Positions 27,201 through 41,920 of a DNA stretch of 64,000 nucleotides are shown here, one piece after another; positions within the stretch are counted from its first letter, which is position 1; the number at the start of each line of letters is the position of its first letter. The notes under the pieces were generated by a model. That model saw nothing but the letters and a program-made list of their open reading frames with translations, ran no database searches and was not told the origin of the DNA. This stretch comes from Auanema rhodensis (lineage: Eukaryota > Animalia > Nematoda), in contig OZ059895.1 in assembly GCA_964057225.1 (NCBI GenBank), positions 496,001-560,000 of the forward strand, given 5' to 3'. A program made the translations under genes and the position numbers.

Positions 27201-30200
27201 TGAACTTATATCAGTTGATATCTCGGTGCATTTTTAAGCTAGCGCAAATCTGATAACACAGATCGACGCAGCTTAAAAATCCGCATCGAATGCACTATAC
27301 TACATTGAGAAACGCTTAATACAAAAATTTGTTATGATCGTTTGAAAAATGATGCATTAGTGTATGTTGAGTTTCCATGTACACTCAACATTGCTTCCAA
27401 AAACATTTTGACAAAAATTTTTTCGAAACATTTCAAAATAATTTAGCAAAAAGTAGATGTTTTTAGATTCCTTTTTTCAAGGCAAAGACGATGGACAATG
27501 TTATTCAACGAAAAAATTAATTCTTCAGGGTGAAAATCGAGGATATAAGTGTGAACTTATATCAGTTGATATCTCGGTGCATTTTTAAGCTAACGCAAAT
27601 CTGATAACACAGATCGACGCAGCTTAAAAATCCGCATCGAATGCACTATACTACATTGAGAAACGCTTGATACAAAAATTAGTTATGATCGTTTGAAAAA
27701 TGATGCATTAGTGTATGTTGAGTTTCCATGTACACTCAACATTGCTTCCAAAAACATTTTGACAAAAATTTTTTCGAAACATTTCAAAATAATTTAGCAA
27801 AAAGTAGATGTTTTTAGATTCCTTTTTTCAAGGCAAAGACGATGGACAATGTTATTCAACGAAAAAATTAATTCTTCAGGGTGAAAATCGAGGATATAAG
27901 TGTGAACTTATATCAGTTGATATCTCGGTGCATTTTTAAGCTAACGCAAATCTGATAACACAGATCGACGCAGCTTAAAAATCCGCATCGAATGCACTAT
28001 ACTACATTGAGAAACGCTTGATACAAAAATTAGTTATGATCGTTTGAAAAATGATGCATTAGTGTATGTTGAGTTTCCATGTACACTCAACATTGCTTCC
28101 AAAAACATTTTGACAAAAATTTTTTCGAAAAATTTCAAGATAATGTAGCAAAAAGTAGATGTTTTTAGATTCCTTTTTTCAAGGCGAAGACGATGGACAA
28201 AGTTATTCAACGAAAAAATTGATTCTTCAGGGTGAAAATCGAGGATATAAGTTTGAACTTATATCAGTTGATATCTCGGTGCATTTTTAAGTTAGCGCAA
28301 ATCTGATAACACAGATCGACGCAGCTTACAAATCTGCATCGAATGCACTATACTACATTGAGAAACGCTAGATACAAAAATTAGTTATGATCGTTTGAAA
28401 AATGATGCATTAGTGTATGTTGAGTTTCCATGTACACTCAACATTGCTTCCAAAAACATTTTGACAAAAATTTTTTCGAAAAATTTCAAAATAATTTAGC
28501 AAAAAGTACATGTTTTTAGATTCCATTTTTCAAGACAAAGACGATAGACAATGTTATTCAATGAAAAAATTAATTCTTCAGGGTGAAAATCGAGGATATA
28601 AGTGTGAACTTATATCAGTTGATATCTCGGTGCATTTTTAAGCTAGCGCAAATCTGATAACACAGATCGACGCAGCTTAAAAATCCGCATCGAATGCACT
28701 ATACTACATTGAGAAACGCTTAATACAAAAATTAGTTATGATCGTTTGAAAAATGATGCATTAGTGTATGTTGAGTTTCCATGTACACTCAACATTGCTT
28801 CCAAAAACATTTTGACAAAAATTTTTTCGAAAAATTTCAAAATAATGTAGCAAAAAGTAGATGTTTTTAGATTCCTTATTTCAAGGCAAAAACGATAGAC
28901 AATGTTATTCAACGAAAAAATTAATTCTTCAGTGTGAAAATCGAGGATATAAGTGTGAACTTATATCAGTTGATATCTCGGTGCATTTTTAAGCTAGCGC
29001 AAATCTGATAACACAGATCGACGCAGCTTAAAAATCCGCATCGAATGCACTATACTACATTGAGAAACGCTTGATACAAAAATTAGTTATGATCGTTTGA
29101 AAAATGATGCATTAGTGTATGTTGAGTTTCCATGTACACTCAACATTGCTTCCAAAAACATTTTGACAAAAATTTTTTCGAAAAATTTCAAAATAATGTA
29201 GCAAAAAGTAGATGTTTTTAGATTCCTTTTTTCAAGGCGAAGACGATGGACAAAGTTATTCAACGAAAAAATTGATTCTTCAGGGTGAAAATCGAGGATA
29301 TAAGTGTGAACTTATATCAGTTGATATCTCGGTGCATTTTTAAGCTAGCGCAAATCTGATAAAACAGATCGACGCAGCTTAAAAATCCGCATCGAATGCA
29401 CTATACTACATTGAGAAACGCTTAATACAAAAATTAGTTATGATCGTTTGAAAAATGATGCATTAGTGTATGTTGAGTTTCCATGTACACTCAACATTGC
29501 TTCCAAAAACATTTTGACAAAAATTTTTTCGAAAAATTTCAAGATAATGTAGCAAAAAGTAGATGTTTTTAGATTCCTTTTTTCAAGGCGAAGACGATGG
29601 ACAAAGTTATTCAACGAAAAAATTGATTCTTCAGGGTGAAAATCGAGGATATAAGTGTGAACTTATATCAGTTGATATCTCGGTGCATTTTTAAGCTAGC
29701 GCAAATCTGATAACACAGATCGACGCAGCTTAAAAATCCGCATCGAATGCACTATACTACATTGAGAAACGCTTGATACAAAAATTAGTTATGATCGTTT
29801 GAAAAATGATGCATTAGTGTATGTTGAGTTTCCATGTACACTCAACATTGCTTCCAAAAACATTTTGACAAAAATTTTTTCGAAAAATTTCAAGATAATG
29901 TAGCAAAAAGTAGATGTTTTTAGATTCCTTTTTTCAAGGCGAAGACGATGGACAAAGTTATTCAACGAAAAAATTGATTCTTCAGGGTGAAAATCGAGGA
30001 TATAAGTGTGAACTTATATCAGTTGATATCTCGGTGCATTTTTAAGCTAGCGCAAATCTGATAACACAGATCGACGCAGCTTAAAAATCCGCATCGAATG
30101 CACTATACTACATTGAGAAACGTTTAATACAAAAATTAGTTATGATCGTTTGAAAAATGATGCATTAGTGTATGTTGAGTTTCCATGTACACTCAACATT

Positions 30201-33200
30201 GCTTCCAAAAACATTTTGACAAAAATTTTTTCGAAAAATTTCAAAATAATGTAGCAAAAAGTAGATGTTTCTAGATTCCTTATTTCAAGGCAAAAACGAT
30301 AGACAATGTTATTCAACGAAAAAATTAATTCTTCAGTGTGAAAATCGAGGATATAAGTGTGAACTTATATCAGTTGATATCTCGGTGCATTTTTAAGCTA
30401 GCGCAAATCTGATAACACAGATCGACGCAGCTTAAAAATCCGCATCGAATGCACTATACTACATTGAGAAACGCTTGATACAAAAATTAGTTATGATCGT
30501 TTGAAAAATGATGCATTAGTGTATGTTGAGTTTCCATGTACACTCAACATTGCTTCCAAAAACATTTTGACAAAAATTTTTTCGAAAAATTTCAAGATAA
30601 TGTAGCAAAAAGTAGATGTTTTTAGATTCCTTTTTTCAAGGCGAAGACGATGGACAAAGTTATTCAACGAAAAAATTGATTCTTCAGGGTGAAAATCGAG
30701 GATATAAGTTTGAACTTATATCAGTTGATATCTCGGTGCATTTTTAAGTTAGCGCAAATCTGATAACACAGATCGACGCAGCTTACAAATCCGCATCGAA
30801 TGCACTATACTACATTGAGAAACGCTAAATACAAAAATTAGTTATGATCGTTTGAAAAATGATGCATTAGTGTATGTTGAGTTTCCATGTACACTCAACA
30901 TTGCTTCCAAAAACATTTTGACAAAAATTTTTTCGAAAAATTTCAAAATAATTTAGCAAAAAGTACATGTTTTTAGATTCCATTTTTCAAGGCAAAGACG
31001 ATAGACAATGTTATTCAATGAAAAAATTAATTCTTCAGGGTGAAAATCGAGGATATAAGTGTGAACTTATATCAGTTGATATCTCGGTGCATTTTTAAGC
31101 TAGCGCAAATCTGATAACACAGATCGACGCAGCTTAAAAATCCGCATCGAATGCACTATACTACATTGAGAAACGCTTAATACAAAAATTTGTTATGATC
31201 GTTTGAAAAATGATGCATTAGTGTATGTTGAGTTTCCATGTACACTCAACATTGCTTCCAAAAACATTTTGACAAAAATTTTTTCGAAACATTTCAAAAT
31301 AATTTAGCAAAAAGTAGATGTTTTTAGATTCCTTTTTTCAAGGCAAAGACGATGGACAATGTTATTCAACGAAAAAATTAATTCTTCAGGGTGAAAATCG
31401 AGGATATAAGTGTGAACTTATATCAGTTGATATCTCGGTGCATTTTTAAGCTAACGCAAATCTGATAACACAGATCGACGCAGCTTAAAAATCCGCATCG
31501 AATGCACTATACTACATTGAGAAACGCTTGATACAAAAATTAGTTATGATCGTTTGAAAAATGATGCATTAGTGTATGTTGAGTTTCCATGTACACTCAA
31601 CATTGCTTCCAAAAACATTTTGACAAAAATTTTTTCGAAAAATTTCAAGATAATGTAGCAAAAAGTAGATGTTTTTAGATTCCTTTTTTCAAGGCGAAGA
31701 CGATGGACAAAGTTATTCAACGAAAAAATTGATTCTTCAGGGTGAAAATCGAGGATATAAGTGTGAACTTATATCAGTTGATATCTCGGTGCATTTTTAA
31801 GTTAGCGCAAATCTGATAACACAGATCGACGCAGCTTACAAATCTGCATCGAATGCACTATACTACATTGAGAAACGCTAGATACAAAAATTAGTTATGA
31901 TCGTTTGAAAAATGATGCATTAGTGTATGTTGAGTTTCCATGTACACTCAACATTGCTTCCAAAAACATTTTGACAAAAATTTTTTCGAAAAATTTCAAA
32001 ATAATTTAGCAAAAAGTACATGTTTTTAGATTCCATTTTTCAAGACAAAGACGATAGACAATGTTATTCAATGAAAAAATTAATTCTTCAGGGTGAAAAT
32101 CGAGGATATAAGTGTGAACTTATATCAGTTGATATCTCGGTGCATTTTTAAGCTAGCGCAAATCTGATAACACAGATCGACGCAGCTTAAAAATCCGCAT
32201 CGAATGCACTATACTACATTGAGAAACGCTTAATACAAAAATTAGTTATGATCGTTTGAAAAATGATGCATTAGTGTATGTTGAGTTTCCATGTACACTC
32301 AACATTGCTTCCAAAAACATTTTGACAAAAATTTTTTCGAAAAATTTCAAAATAATGTAGCAAAAAGTAGATGTTTTTAGATTCCTTATTTCAAGGCAAA
32401 AACGATAGACAATGTTATTCAACGAAAAAATTAATTCTTCAGTGTGAAAATCGAGGATATAAGTGTGAACTTATATCAGTTGATATCTCGGTGCATTTTT
32501 AAGCTAGCGCAAATCTGATAACACAGATCGACGCAGCTTAAAAATCCGCATCGAATGCACTATACTACATTGAGAAACGCTTGATACAAAAATTAGTTAT
32601 GATCGTTTGAAAAATGATGCATTAGTGTATGTTGAGTTTCCATGTACACTCAACATTGCTTCCAAAAACATTTTGACAAAAATTTTTTCGAAAAATTTCA
32701 AAATAATGTAGCAAAAAGTAGATGTTTTTAGATTCCTTATTTCAAGGCAAAAACGATAGACAATGTTATTCAACGAAAAAATTAATTCTTCAGTGTGAAA
32801 ATCGAGGATATAAGTGTGAACTTATATCAGTTGATATCTCGGTGCATTTTTAAGCTAACGCAAATCTGATAACACAGATCGACGCAGCTTAAAAATCCGC
32901 ATCGAATGCACTATACTACATTGAGAAACGCTTGATACAAAAATTAGTTATGATCGTTTGAAAAATGATGCATTAGTGTATGTTGAGTTTCCATGTACAC
33001 TCAACATTGCTTCCAAAAACATTTTGACAAAAATTTTTTCGAAAAATTTCAAGATAATGTAGCAAAAAGTAGATGTTTTTAGATTCCTTTTTTCAAGGCG
33101 AAGACGATGGACAAAGTTATTCAACGAAAAAATTGATTCTTCAGGGTGAAAATCGAGGATATAAGTTTGAACTTATATCAGTTGATATCTCGGTGCATTT

Positions 33201-36200
33201 TTAAGTTAGCGCAAATCTGATAACACAGATCGACGCAGCTTACAAATCTGCATCGAATGCACTATACTACATTGAGAAACGCTAGATACAAAAATTAGTT
33301 ATGATCGTTTGAAAAATGATGCATTAGTGTATGTTGAGTTTCCATGTACACTCAACATTGCTTCCAAAAACATTTTGACAAAAATTTTTTCGAAAAATTT
33401 CAAAATAATTTAGCAAAAAGTACATGTTTTTAGATTCCATTTTTCAAGACAAAGACGATAGACAATGTTATTCAATGAAAAAATTAATTCTTCAGGGTGA
33501 AAATCGAGGATATAAGTGTGAACTTATATCAGTTGATATCTCGGTGCATTTTTAAGCTAGCGCAAATCTGATAACACAGATCGACGCAGCTTAAAAATCC
33601 GCATCGAATGCACTATACTACATTGAGAAACGCTTAATACAAAAATTAGTTATGATCGTTTGAAAAATGATGCATTAGTGTATGTTGAGTTTCCATGTAC
33701 ACTCAACATTGCTTCCAAAAACATTTTGACAAAAATTTTTTCGAAAAATTTCAAAATAATGTAGCAAAAAGTAGATGTTTTTAGATTCCTTATTTCAAGG
33801 CAAAAACGATAGACAATGTTATTCAACGAAAAAATTAATTCTTCAGTGTGAAAATCGAGGATATAAGTGTGAACTTATATCAGTTGATATCTCGGTGCAT
33901 TTTTAAGCTAGCGCAAATCTGATAACACAGATCGACGCAGCTTAAAAATCCGCATCGAATGCACTATACTACATTGAGAAACGCTTGATACAAAAATTAG
34001 TTATGATCGTTTGAAAAATGATGCATTAGTGTATGTTGAGTTTCCATGTACACTCAACATTGCTTCCAAAAACATTTTGACAAAAATTTTTTCGAAAAAT
34101 TTCAAAATAATGTAGCAAAAAGTAGATGTTTTTAGATTCCTTATTTCAAGGCAAAAACGATAGACAATGTTATTCAACGAAAAAATTAATTCTTCAGTGT
34201 GAAAATCGAGGATATAAGTGTGAACTTATATCAGTTGATATCTCGGTGCATTTTTAAGCTAGCGCAAATCTGATAACACAGATCGACGCAGCTTAAAAAT
34301 CCGCATCGAATGCACTATACTACATTGAGAAACGCTTGATACAAAAATTAGTTATGATCGTTTGAAAAATGATGCATTAGTGTATGTTGAGTTTCCATGT
34401 ACACTCAACATTGCTTCCAAAAACATTTTGACAAAAATTTTTTCGAAAAATTTCAAAATAATGTAGCAAAAAGTAGATGTTTTTAGATTCCTTTTTTCAA
34501 GGCGAAGACGATGGACAAAGTTATTCAACGAAAAAATTGATTCTTCAGGGTGAAAATCGAGGATATAAGTGTGAACTTATATCAGTTGATATCTCGGTGC
34601 ATTTTTAAGCTAGCGCAAATCTGATAACACAGATCGACGCAGCTTAAAAATCCGCATCGAATGCACTATACTACATTGAGAAACGCTTGATACAAAAATT
34701 AGTTATGATCGTTTGAAAAATGATGCATTAGTGTATGTTGAGTTTCCATGTACACTCAACATTGCTTCCAAAAACATTTTGACAAAAATTTTTTCGAAAA
34801 ATTTCAAAATAATGTAGCAAAAAGTAGATGTTTTTAGATTCCTTATTTCAAGGCAAAAACGATAGACAATGTTATTCAACGAAAAAATTAATTCTTCAGT
34901 GTGAAAATCGAGGATATAAGTGTGAACTTATATCAGTTGATATCTCGGTGCATTTTTAAGCTAGCGCAAATCTGATAACACAGATCGACGCAGCTTAAAA
35001 ATCCGCATCGAATGCACTATACTACATTAAGAAACGCTTGATACAAAAATTAGTTATGATCGTTTGAAAAATGATGCATTAGTGTATGTTGAGTTTCCAT
35101 GTACACTCAACATTGCTTCCAAAAACATTTTGACAAAAATTTTTTCGAAAAATTTCAAAATAATGTAGCAAAAAGTAGATGTTTTTAGATTCCTTTTTTC
35201 AAGGCGAAGACGATGGACAAAGTTATTCAACGAAAAAATTGATTCTTCAGGGTGAAAATCGAGGATATAAGTGTGAACTTATATCAGTTGATATCTCGGT
35301 GCATTTTTAAGCTAGCGCAAATCTGATAACACAGATCGACGCAGCTTAAAAATCCGCATCAAATGCACTATACTACATTGAGAAACGCTTAATACAAAAA
35401 TTAGTTATGATCGTTTGAAAAATGATGCATTAGTGTATGTTGAGTTTCCATGTACACTCAACATTGCTTCCAAAAACATTTTGACAAAAATTTTTTCGAA
35501 AAATTTCAAGATAATGTAGCAAAAAGTAGATGTTTTTAGATTCCTTTTTTCAAGGCGAAGACGATGGACAAAGTTATTCAACGAAAAAATTGATTCTTCA
35601 GGGTGAAAATCGAGGATATAAGTGTGAACTTATATCAGTTGATATCTCGGTGCATTTTTAAGCTAGCGCAAATCTGATAACACAGATCGACGCAGCTTAA
35701 AAATCCGCATCAAATGCACTATACTACATTGAGAAACGCTTAATACAAAAATTAGTTATGATCGTTTGAAAAATGATGCATTAGTGTATGTTGAGTTTCC
35801 ATGTACACTCAACATTGCTTCCAAAAACATTTTGACAAAAATTTTTTCGAAAAATTTCAAGATAATGTAGCAAAAAGTAGATGTTTTTAGATTCCTTTTT
35901 TCAAGGCGAAGACGATGGACAAAGTTATTCAACGAAAAAATTGATTCTTCAGGGTGAAAATCGAGGATATAAGTGTGAACTTATATCAGTTGATATCTCG
36001 GTGCATTTTTAAGCTAGCGCAAATCTGATAACACAGATCGACGCAGCTTAAAAATCCGCATCGAATGCACTATACTACATTGAGAAACGCTTGATACAAA
36101 AATTAGTTATGATCGTTTGAAAAATGATGCATTAGTGTATGTTGTGTTTCCATGTACACTCAACATTGCTTCCAAAAACATTTTGACAAAAATTTTTTCG

Positions 36201-36493
36201 AAAAATTTCAAGATAATGTAGCAAAAAGTAGATGTTTTTAGATTCCTTTTTTCAAGGCGAAGACGATGGACAAAGTTATTCAACGAAAAAATTGATTCTT
36301 CAGGGTGAAAATCGAGGATATAAGTGTGAACTTATATCAGTTGATATCTCGGTGCATTTTTAAGCTAGCGCAAATCTGATAACACAGATCGACGCAGCTT
36401 AAAAATCCGCATCGAATGCACTATACTACATTGAGAAACGCTTAATACAAAAATTAGTTATGATCGTTTGAAAAATGATGCATTAGTGTATGT
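24209..36493. repeat. Array sub-domain III
   Basis: Dominated by AATGTAG monomers: type J (CCTTATTT, CAAAAACG, CAGTGTG; first at 24209) and type K (AAGATAA, GGCGAAG, ACAAAGTT, ATTGATTC; first at 24560). Neither type is seen upstream. Confidence 0.82.
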
Positions 36494-39400
36494 TGAGTTT
36501 CCATGTACACTCAACATTGCTTCCAAAAACATTTTGACAAAAATTTTTTCGAAAAATTTCAAAATAATTTAGCAAAAAGTAGATGTTTTTAGATTTCATT
36601 TTTCAAGGCAAAGACGATAGACAATGTTATTCAACGAAAAAATTAATTCTTCAGGGTGAAAATCGAGGATATAAGTGTGAACTTATATCAGTTGATATCT
36701 CGGTGCATTTTTAAGCTAGCGCAAATCTGATAACACAGATCGACGCAGCTTAAAAATCCGCATCGAATGCACTATACTACATTGAGAAACGCTTAATACA
36801 AAAATTAGTTATGATCGTTTGAAAAATGATGCATTAGTGTATGTTGAGTTTCCATGTACACTCAACATTGCTTCCAAAAACATTTTGACAAAACTTTTTT
36901 CGAAAAATTTCAAAATAATTTAGCAAAAAGTAGATGTTTTTAGATTCTATTTTTCAAAGCAAAGACGATGGACAATGTTATTCAACGAAAAAATTAATTC
37001 TTCAGGGTGAAAATCGAGGATATAAGTGTGAACTTATATCAGTTGATATCTCGGTGCATTTTTAAGTTAGCGCAAATCTGATAACACAGATCGACGCAGC
37101 TTACAAATCCGCATCGAATGCACTATACTACATTGAGAAACGCTTAATACAAAAATTAGTTTTGATCGTTTGAAAAATGATGCATTAGTGTATGTTGAGT
37201 TTCCATGTACACTCAACATTGCTTCCAAAAACATTTTGACAAAAATTTTTTCGAAAAATTTCAAGATAATTTAGCAAAAAGTAGATATTTTTAGATTCCA
37301 TTTTTCAAAGCAGAGACGATGGACAATGTTATTCAACGAAAAAATTAATTCTTCAGGGTGAAAATCGAGGATATAAGTGTGAACTTATATCAGTTGATAT
37401 CTCGGTGCATTTTTAAGTTAGCGCAAATCTAATAACACAGATCGACGCAGCTTAAAAATCCGCATCGAATGCACTATACTACATTGAGAAACGCTTAATA
37501 CAAAAATTAGTTATGATCGTTTGAAAAATGATGCATTACTGTATGTTGAGTTTCCATGTACAGTCAACATTGCTTCCAAAAACATTTTGACAACAATTTT
37601 TTCGAAACATTTCAAAATAATTTAGCAAAAAGTAGATGTTTTTAGATTTCTTTTTTCAAGGCAAAGACGATGGACAATGTTATTCAACGAAAAAATTAAT
37701 TCTTCAGGGTGAAAATCGAGGATATAAGTGTGAACTTATATCAGTTGATATCTCGGTGCATTTTTAAGCTAGCGCAAATCTGATAACACAGATCGACGCA
37801 GCTTAAAAATCCGCATCGAGTGCACTATACTACATTGAGAAACGCTTAATACAAAAATTAGTTTTGATCGTTTGAAAAATGATGCATTAGTGTATGTTGA
37901 GTTTCCATGTACACTCAACATTGCTTCCAAAAACATTTTGACAAAAATTTTTTCGAAAAATTTCAAAATAATTTAGCAAAAAGTAGATGTTTTTAGATTC
38001 CATTTTTCAAAGCAAAGACGATGGACAATGTTATTCAACGAAAAAATTAATTCTTCAGGGTGAAAATCGAGGATATAAGTGTGAACTTATATCAGTTGAT
38101 ATCTCGGTGCATTTTTAAGTTAGCGCAAATCTGATAACACAGATCGACGCAGCTTAAAAATCCGCATCGAATGCACTATACTACATTGAGAAACGCTTAA
38201 TACAAAAATTAGTTATGATCGTTTGAAAAATGATGCATTAGTGTATGTTGAGTTTCCATGTACACTCAACATTGCTTCCAAAAACATTTTGACAAAAATT
38301 TTTTCGAAAAATTTCAAGATAATTTAGCAAAAAGTAGATGTTTTTAGATTCCATTTTTCAAAGCAGAGACGATGGACAATGTTATTCAACGAAAAAATTA
38401 ATTCTTCAGGGTGAAAATCGAGGATATAAGTGTGAACTTATATCAGTTGATATCTCGGTGCATTTTTAAGTTAGCGCAAATCTAATAACACAGATCGACG
38501 CAGCTTAAAAATCCGCATCGAATGCACTATACTACATTGAGAAACGCTTAATACAAAAATTAGTTATGATCGTTTGAAAAATGATGCATTACTGTATGTT
38601 GAGTTTCCATGTACAGTCAACATTGCTTCCAAAAACATTTTGACAACAATTTTTTCGAAACATTTCAAAATAATTTAGCAAAAAGTAGATGTTTTTAGAT
38701 TTCTTTTTTCAAGGCAAAGACGATGGACAATGTTATTCAACGAAAAAATTAATTCTTCAGGGTGAAAATCGAGGATATAAGTGTGAACTTATATCAGTTG
38801 ATATCTCGGTGCATTTTTAAGCTAGCGCAAATCTGATAACACAGATCGACGCAGCTTAAAAATCCGCATCGAGTGCACTATACTACATTGAGAAACGCTT
38901 AATACAAAAATTAGTTTTGATCGTTTGAAAAATGATGCATTAGTGTATGTTGAGTTTCCATGTACACTCAACATTGCTTCCAAAAACATTTTGACAAAAA
39001 TTTTTTCGAAAAATTTCAAAATAATTTAGCAAAAAGTAGATGTTTTTAGATTCCATTTTTCAAAGCAAAGACGATGGACAATGTTATTCAACGAAAAAAT
39101 TAATTCTTCAGGGTGAAAATCGAGGATATAAGTGTGAACTTATATCAGTTGATATCTCGGTGCATTTTTAAGTTAGCGCAAATCTGATAACACAGATCGA
39201 CGCAGCTTAAAAATCCGCATCGAATGCACTATACTACATTGAGAAACGCTTAATACAAAAATTAGTTATGATCGTTTGAAAAATGATGCATTAGTGTATG
39301 TTGAGTTTCCATGTACACTCAACATTGCTTCCAAAAACATTTTGACAAAAATTTTTTCGAAAAATTTCAAGATAATGTAGCAAAAAGTAGATGTTTTTAG

Positions 39401-41920
39401 ATTCCTTTTTTCAAGGCGAAGACGATGGACAAAGTTATTCAACGAAAAAATTGATTCTTCAGGGTGAAAATCGAGGATATAAGTGTGAACTTATATCAGT
39501 TGATATCTCGGTGCATTTTTAAGTTAGCGCAAATCTGATAACACAGATCGACGCAGCTTACAAATCCGCATCGAATGCACTATACTACATTGAGAAACGC
39601 TAAATACAAAAATTAGTTATGATCGTTTGAAAAATGATGCATTAGTGTATGTTGAGTTTCCATGTACACTCAACATTGCTTCCAAAAACATTTTGACAAA
39701 AATTTTTTCGAAAAATTTCAAAATAATTTAGCAAAAAGTAGATGTTTTTAGATTCCATTTTTCAAAGCAAAGACGATGGACAATGTTATTCAACGAAAAA
39801 ATTGATTCTTCAGGGTGAAAATCGAGGATATAAGTGTGAACTTATATCAGTTGATATCTCGGTGCATTTTTAAGCTAGCGCAAATCTGATAACACAGATC
39901 GACGCAGCTTACAAATCCGCATCGAATGCACTATACTACATTGAGAAACGCTTAATACAAAAATTAGTTATGATCGTTTGAAAAATGATGCATTAGTGTA
40001 TGTTGAGTTTCCATGTACACTCAACATTGCTTCCAAAAACATTTTGACAAAAATTTTTTCGAAAAATTTCAAAATAATTTAGCAAAAAGTAGATGTTTTT
40101 AGATTCCATTTTTCAAAGCAAAGACGATGGACAATGTTATTCAACGAAAAAATTAATTCTTCAGGGTGAAAATCGAGGATATAAGTGTGAACTTATATCA
40201 GTTGATATCTCGGTGCATTTTTAAGTTAGCGCAAATCTGATAACACAGATCGACGCAGCTTAAAAATCCGCATCGAATGCACTATACTACATTGAGAAAC
40301 GCTTAATACAAAAATTAGTTATGATCGTTTGAAAAATGATGCATTAGTGTATGTTGAGTTTCCATGTACACTCAACATTGCTTCCAAAAACATTTTGACA
40401 AAAATTTTTTCGAAAAATTTCAAGATAATTTAGCAAAAAGTAGATGTTTTTAGATTCCATTTTTCAAAGCAGAGACGATGGACAATGTTATTCAACGAAA
40501 AAATTAATTCTTCAGGGTGAAAATCGAGGATATAAGTGTGAACTTATATCAGTTGATATCTCGGTGCATTTTTAAGTTAGCGCAAATCTAATAACACAGA
40601 TCGACGCAGCTTAAAAATCCGCATCGAATGCACTATACTACATTGAGAAACGCTTAATACAAAAATTAGTTATGATCGTTTGAAAAATGATGCATTACTG
40701 TATGTTGAGTTTCCATGTACAGTCAACATTGCTTCCAAAAACATTTTGACAACAATTTTTTCGAAACATTTCAAAATAATTTAGCAAAAAGTAGATGTTT
40801 TTAGATTTCTTTTTTCAAGGCAAAGACGATGGACAATGTTATTCAACGAAAAAATTAATTCTTCAGGGTGAAAATCGAGGATATAAGTGTGAACTTATAT
40901 CAGTTGATATCTCGGTGCATTTTTAAGCTAGCGCAAATCTGATAACACAGATCGACGCAGCTTAAAAATCCGCATCGAGTGCACTATACTACATTGAGAA
41001 ACGCTTAATACAAAAATTAGTTTTGATCGTTTGAAAAATGATGCATTAGTGTATGTTGAGTTTCCATGTACACTCAACATTGCTTCCAAAAACATTTTGA
41101 CAAAAATTTTTTCGAAAAATTTCAAAATAATTTAGCAAAAAGTAGATGTTTTTAGATTCCATTTTTCAAAGCAAAGACGATGGACAATGTTATTCAACGA
41201 AAAAATTAATTCTTCAGGGTGAAAATCGAGGATATAAGTGTGAACTTATATCAGTTGATATCTCGGTGCATTTTTAAGTTAGCGCAAATCTGATAACACA
41301 GATCGACGCAGCTTAAAAATCCGCATCGAATGCACTATACTACATTGAGAAACGCTTAATACAAAAATTAGTTATGATCGTTTGAAAAATGATGCATTAG
41401 TGTATGTTGAGTTTCCATGTACACTCAACATTGCTTCCAAAAACATTTTGACAAAAATTTTTTCGAAAAATTTCAAGATAATGTAGCAAAAAGTAGATGT
41501 TTTTAGATTCCTTTTTTCAAGGCGAAGACGATGGACAAAGTTATTCAACGAAAAAATTGATTCTTCAGGGTGAAAATCGAGGATATAAGTGTGAACTTAT
41601 ATCAGTTGATATCTCGGTGCATTTTTAAGTTAGCGCAAATCTGATAACACAGATCGACGCAGCTTACAAATCCGCATCGAATGCACTATACTACATTGAG
41701 AAACGCTAAATACAAAAATTAGTTATGATCGTTTGAAAAATGATGCATTAGTGTATGTTGAGTTTCCATGTACACTCAACATTGCTTCCAAAAACATTTT
41801 GACAAAAATTTTTTCGAAAAATTTCAAAATAATTTAGCAAAAAGTAGATGTTTTTAGATTCCATTTTTCAAAGCAAAGACGATGGACAATGTTATTCAAC
41901 GAAAAAATTGATTCTTCAGG
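36494..41920. repeat. Array sub-domain IV
   Basis: Distinctive variants TCTAATAAC, TTACTGTATG, ACAGTCAAC, GACAACAAT, plus CGAGTGCAC and AGTTTTGATC, arranged as 3-mer and 6-mer repeats. Confidence 0.8.
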
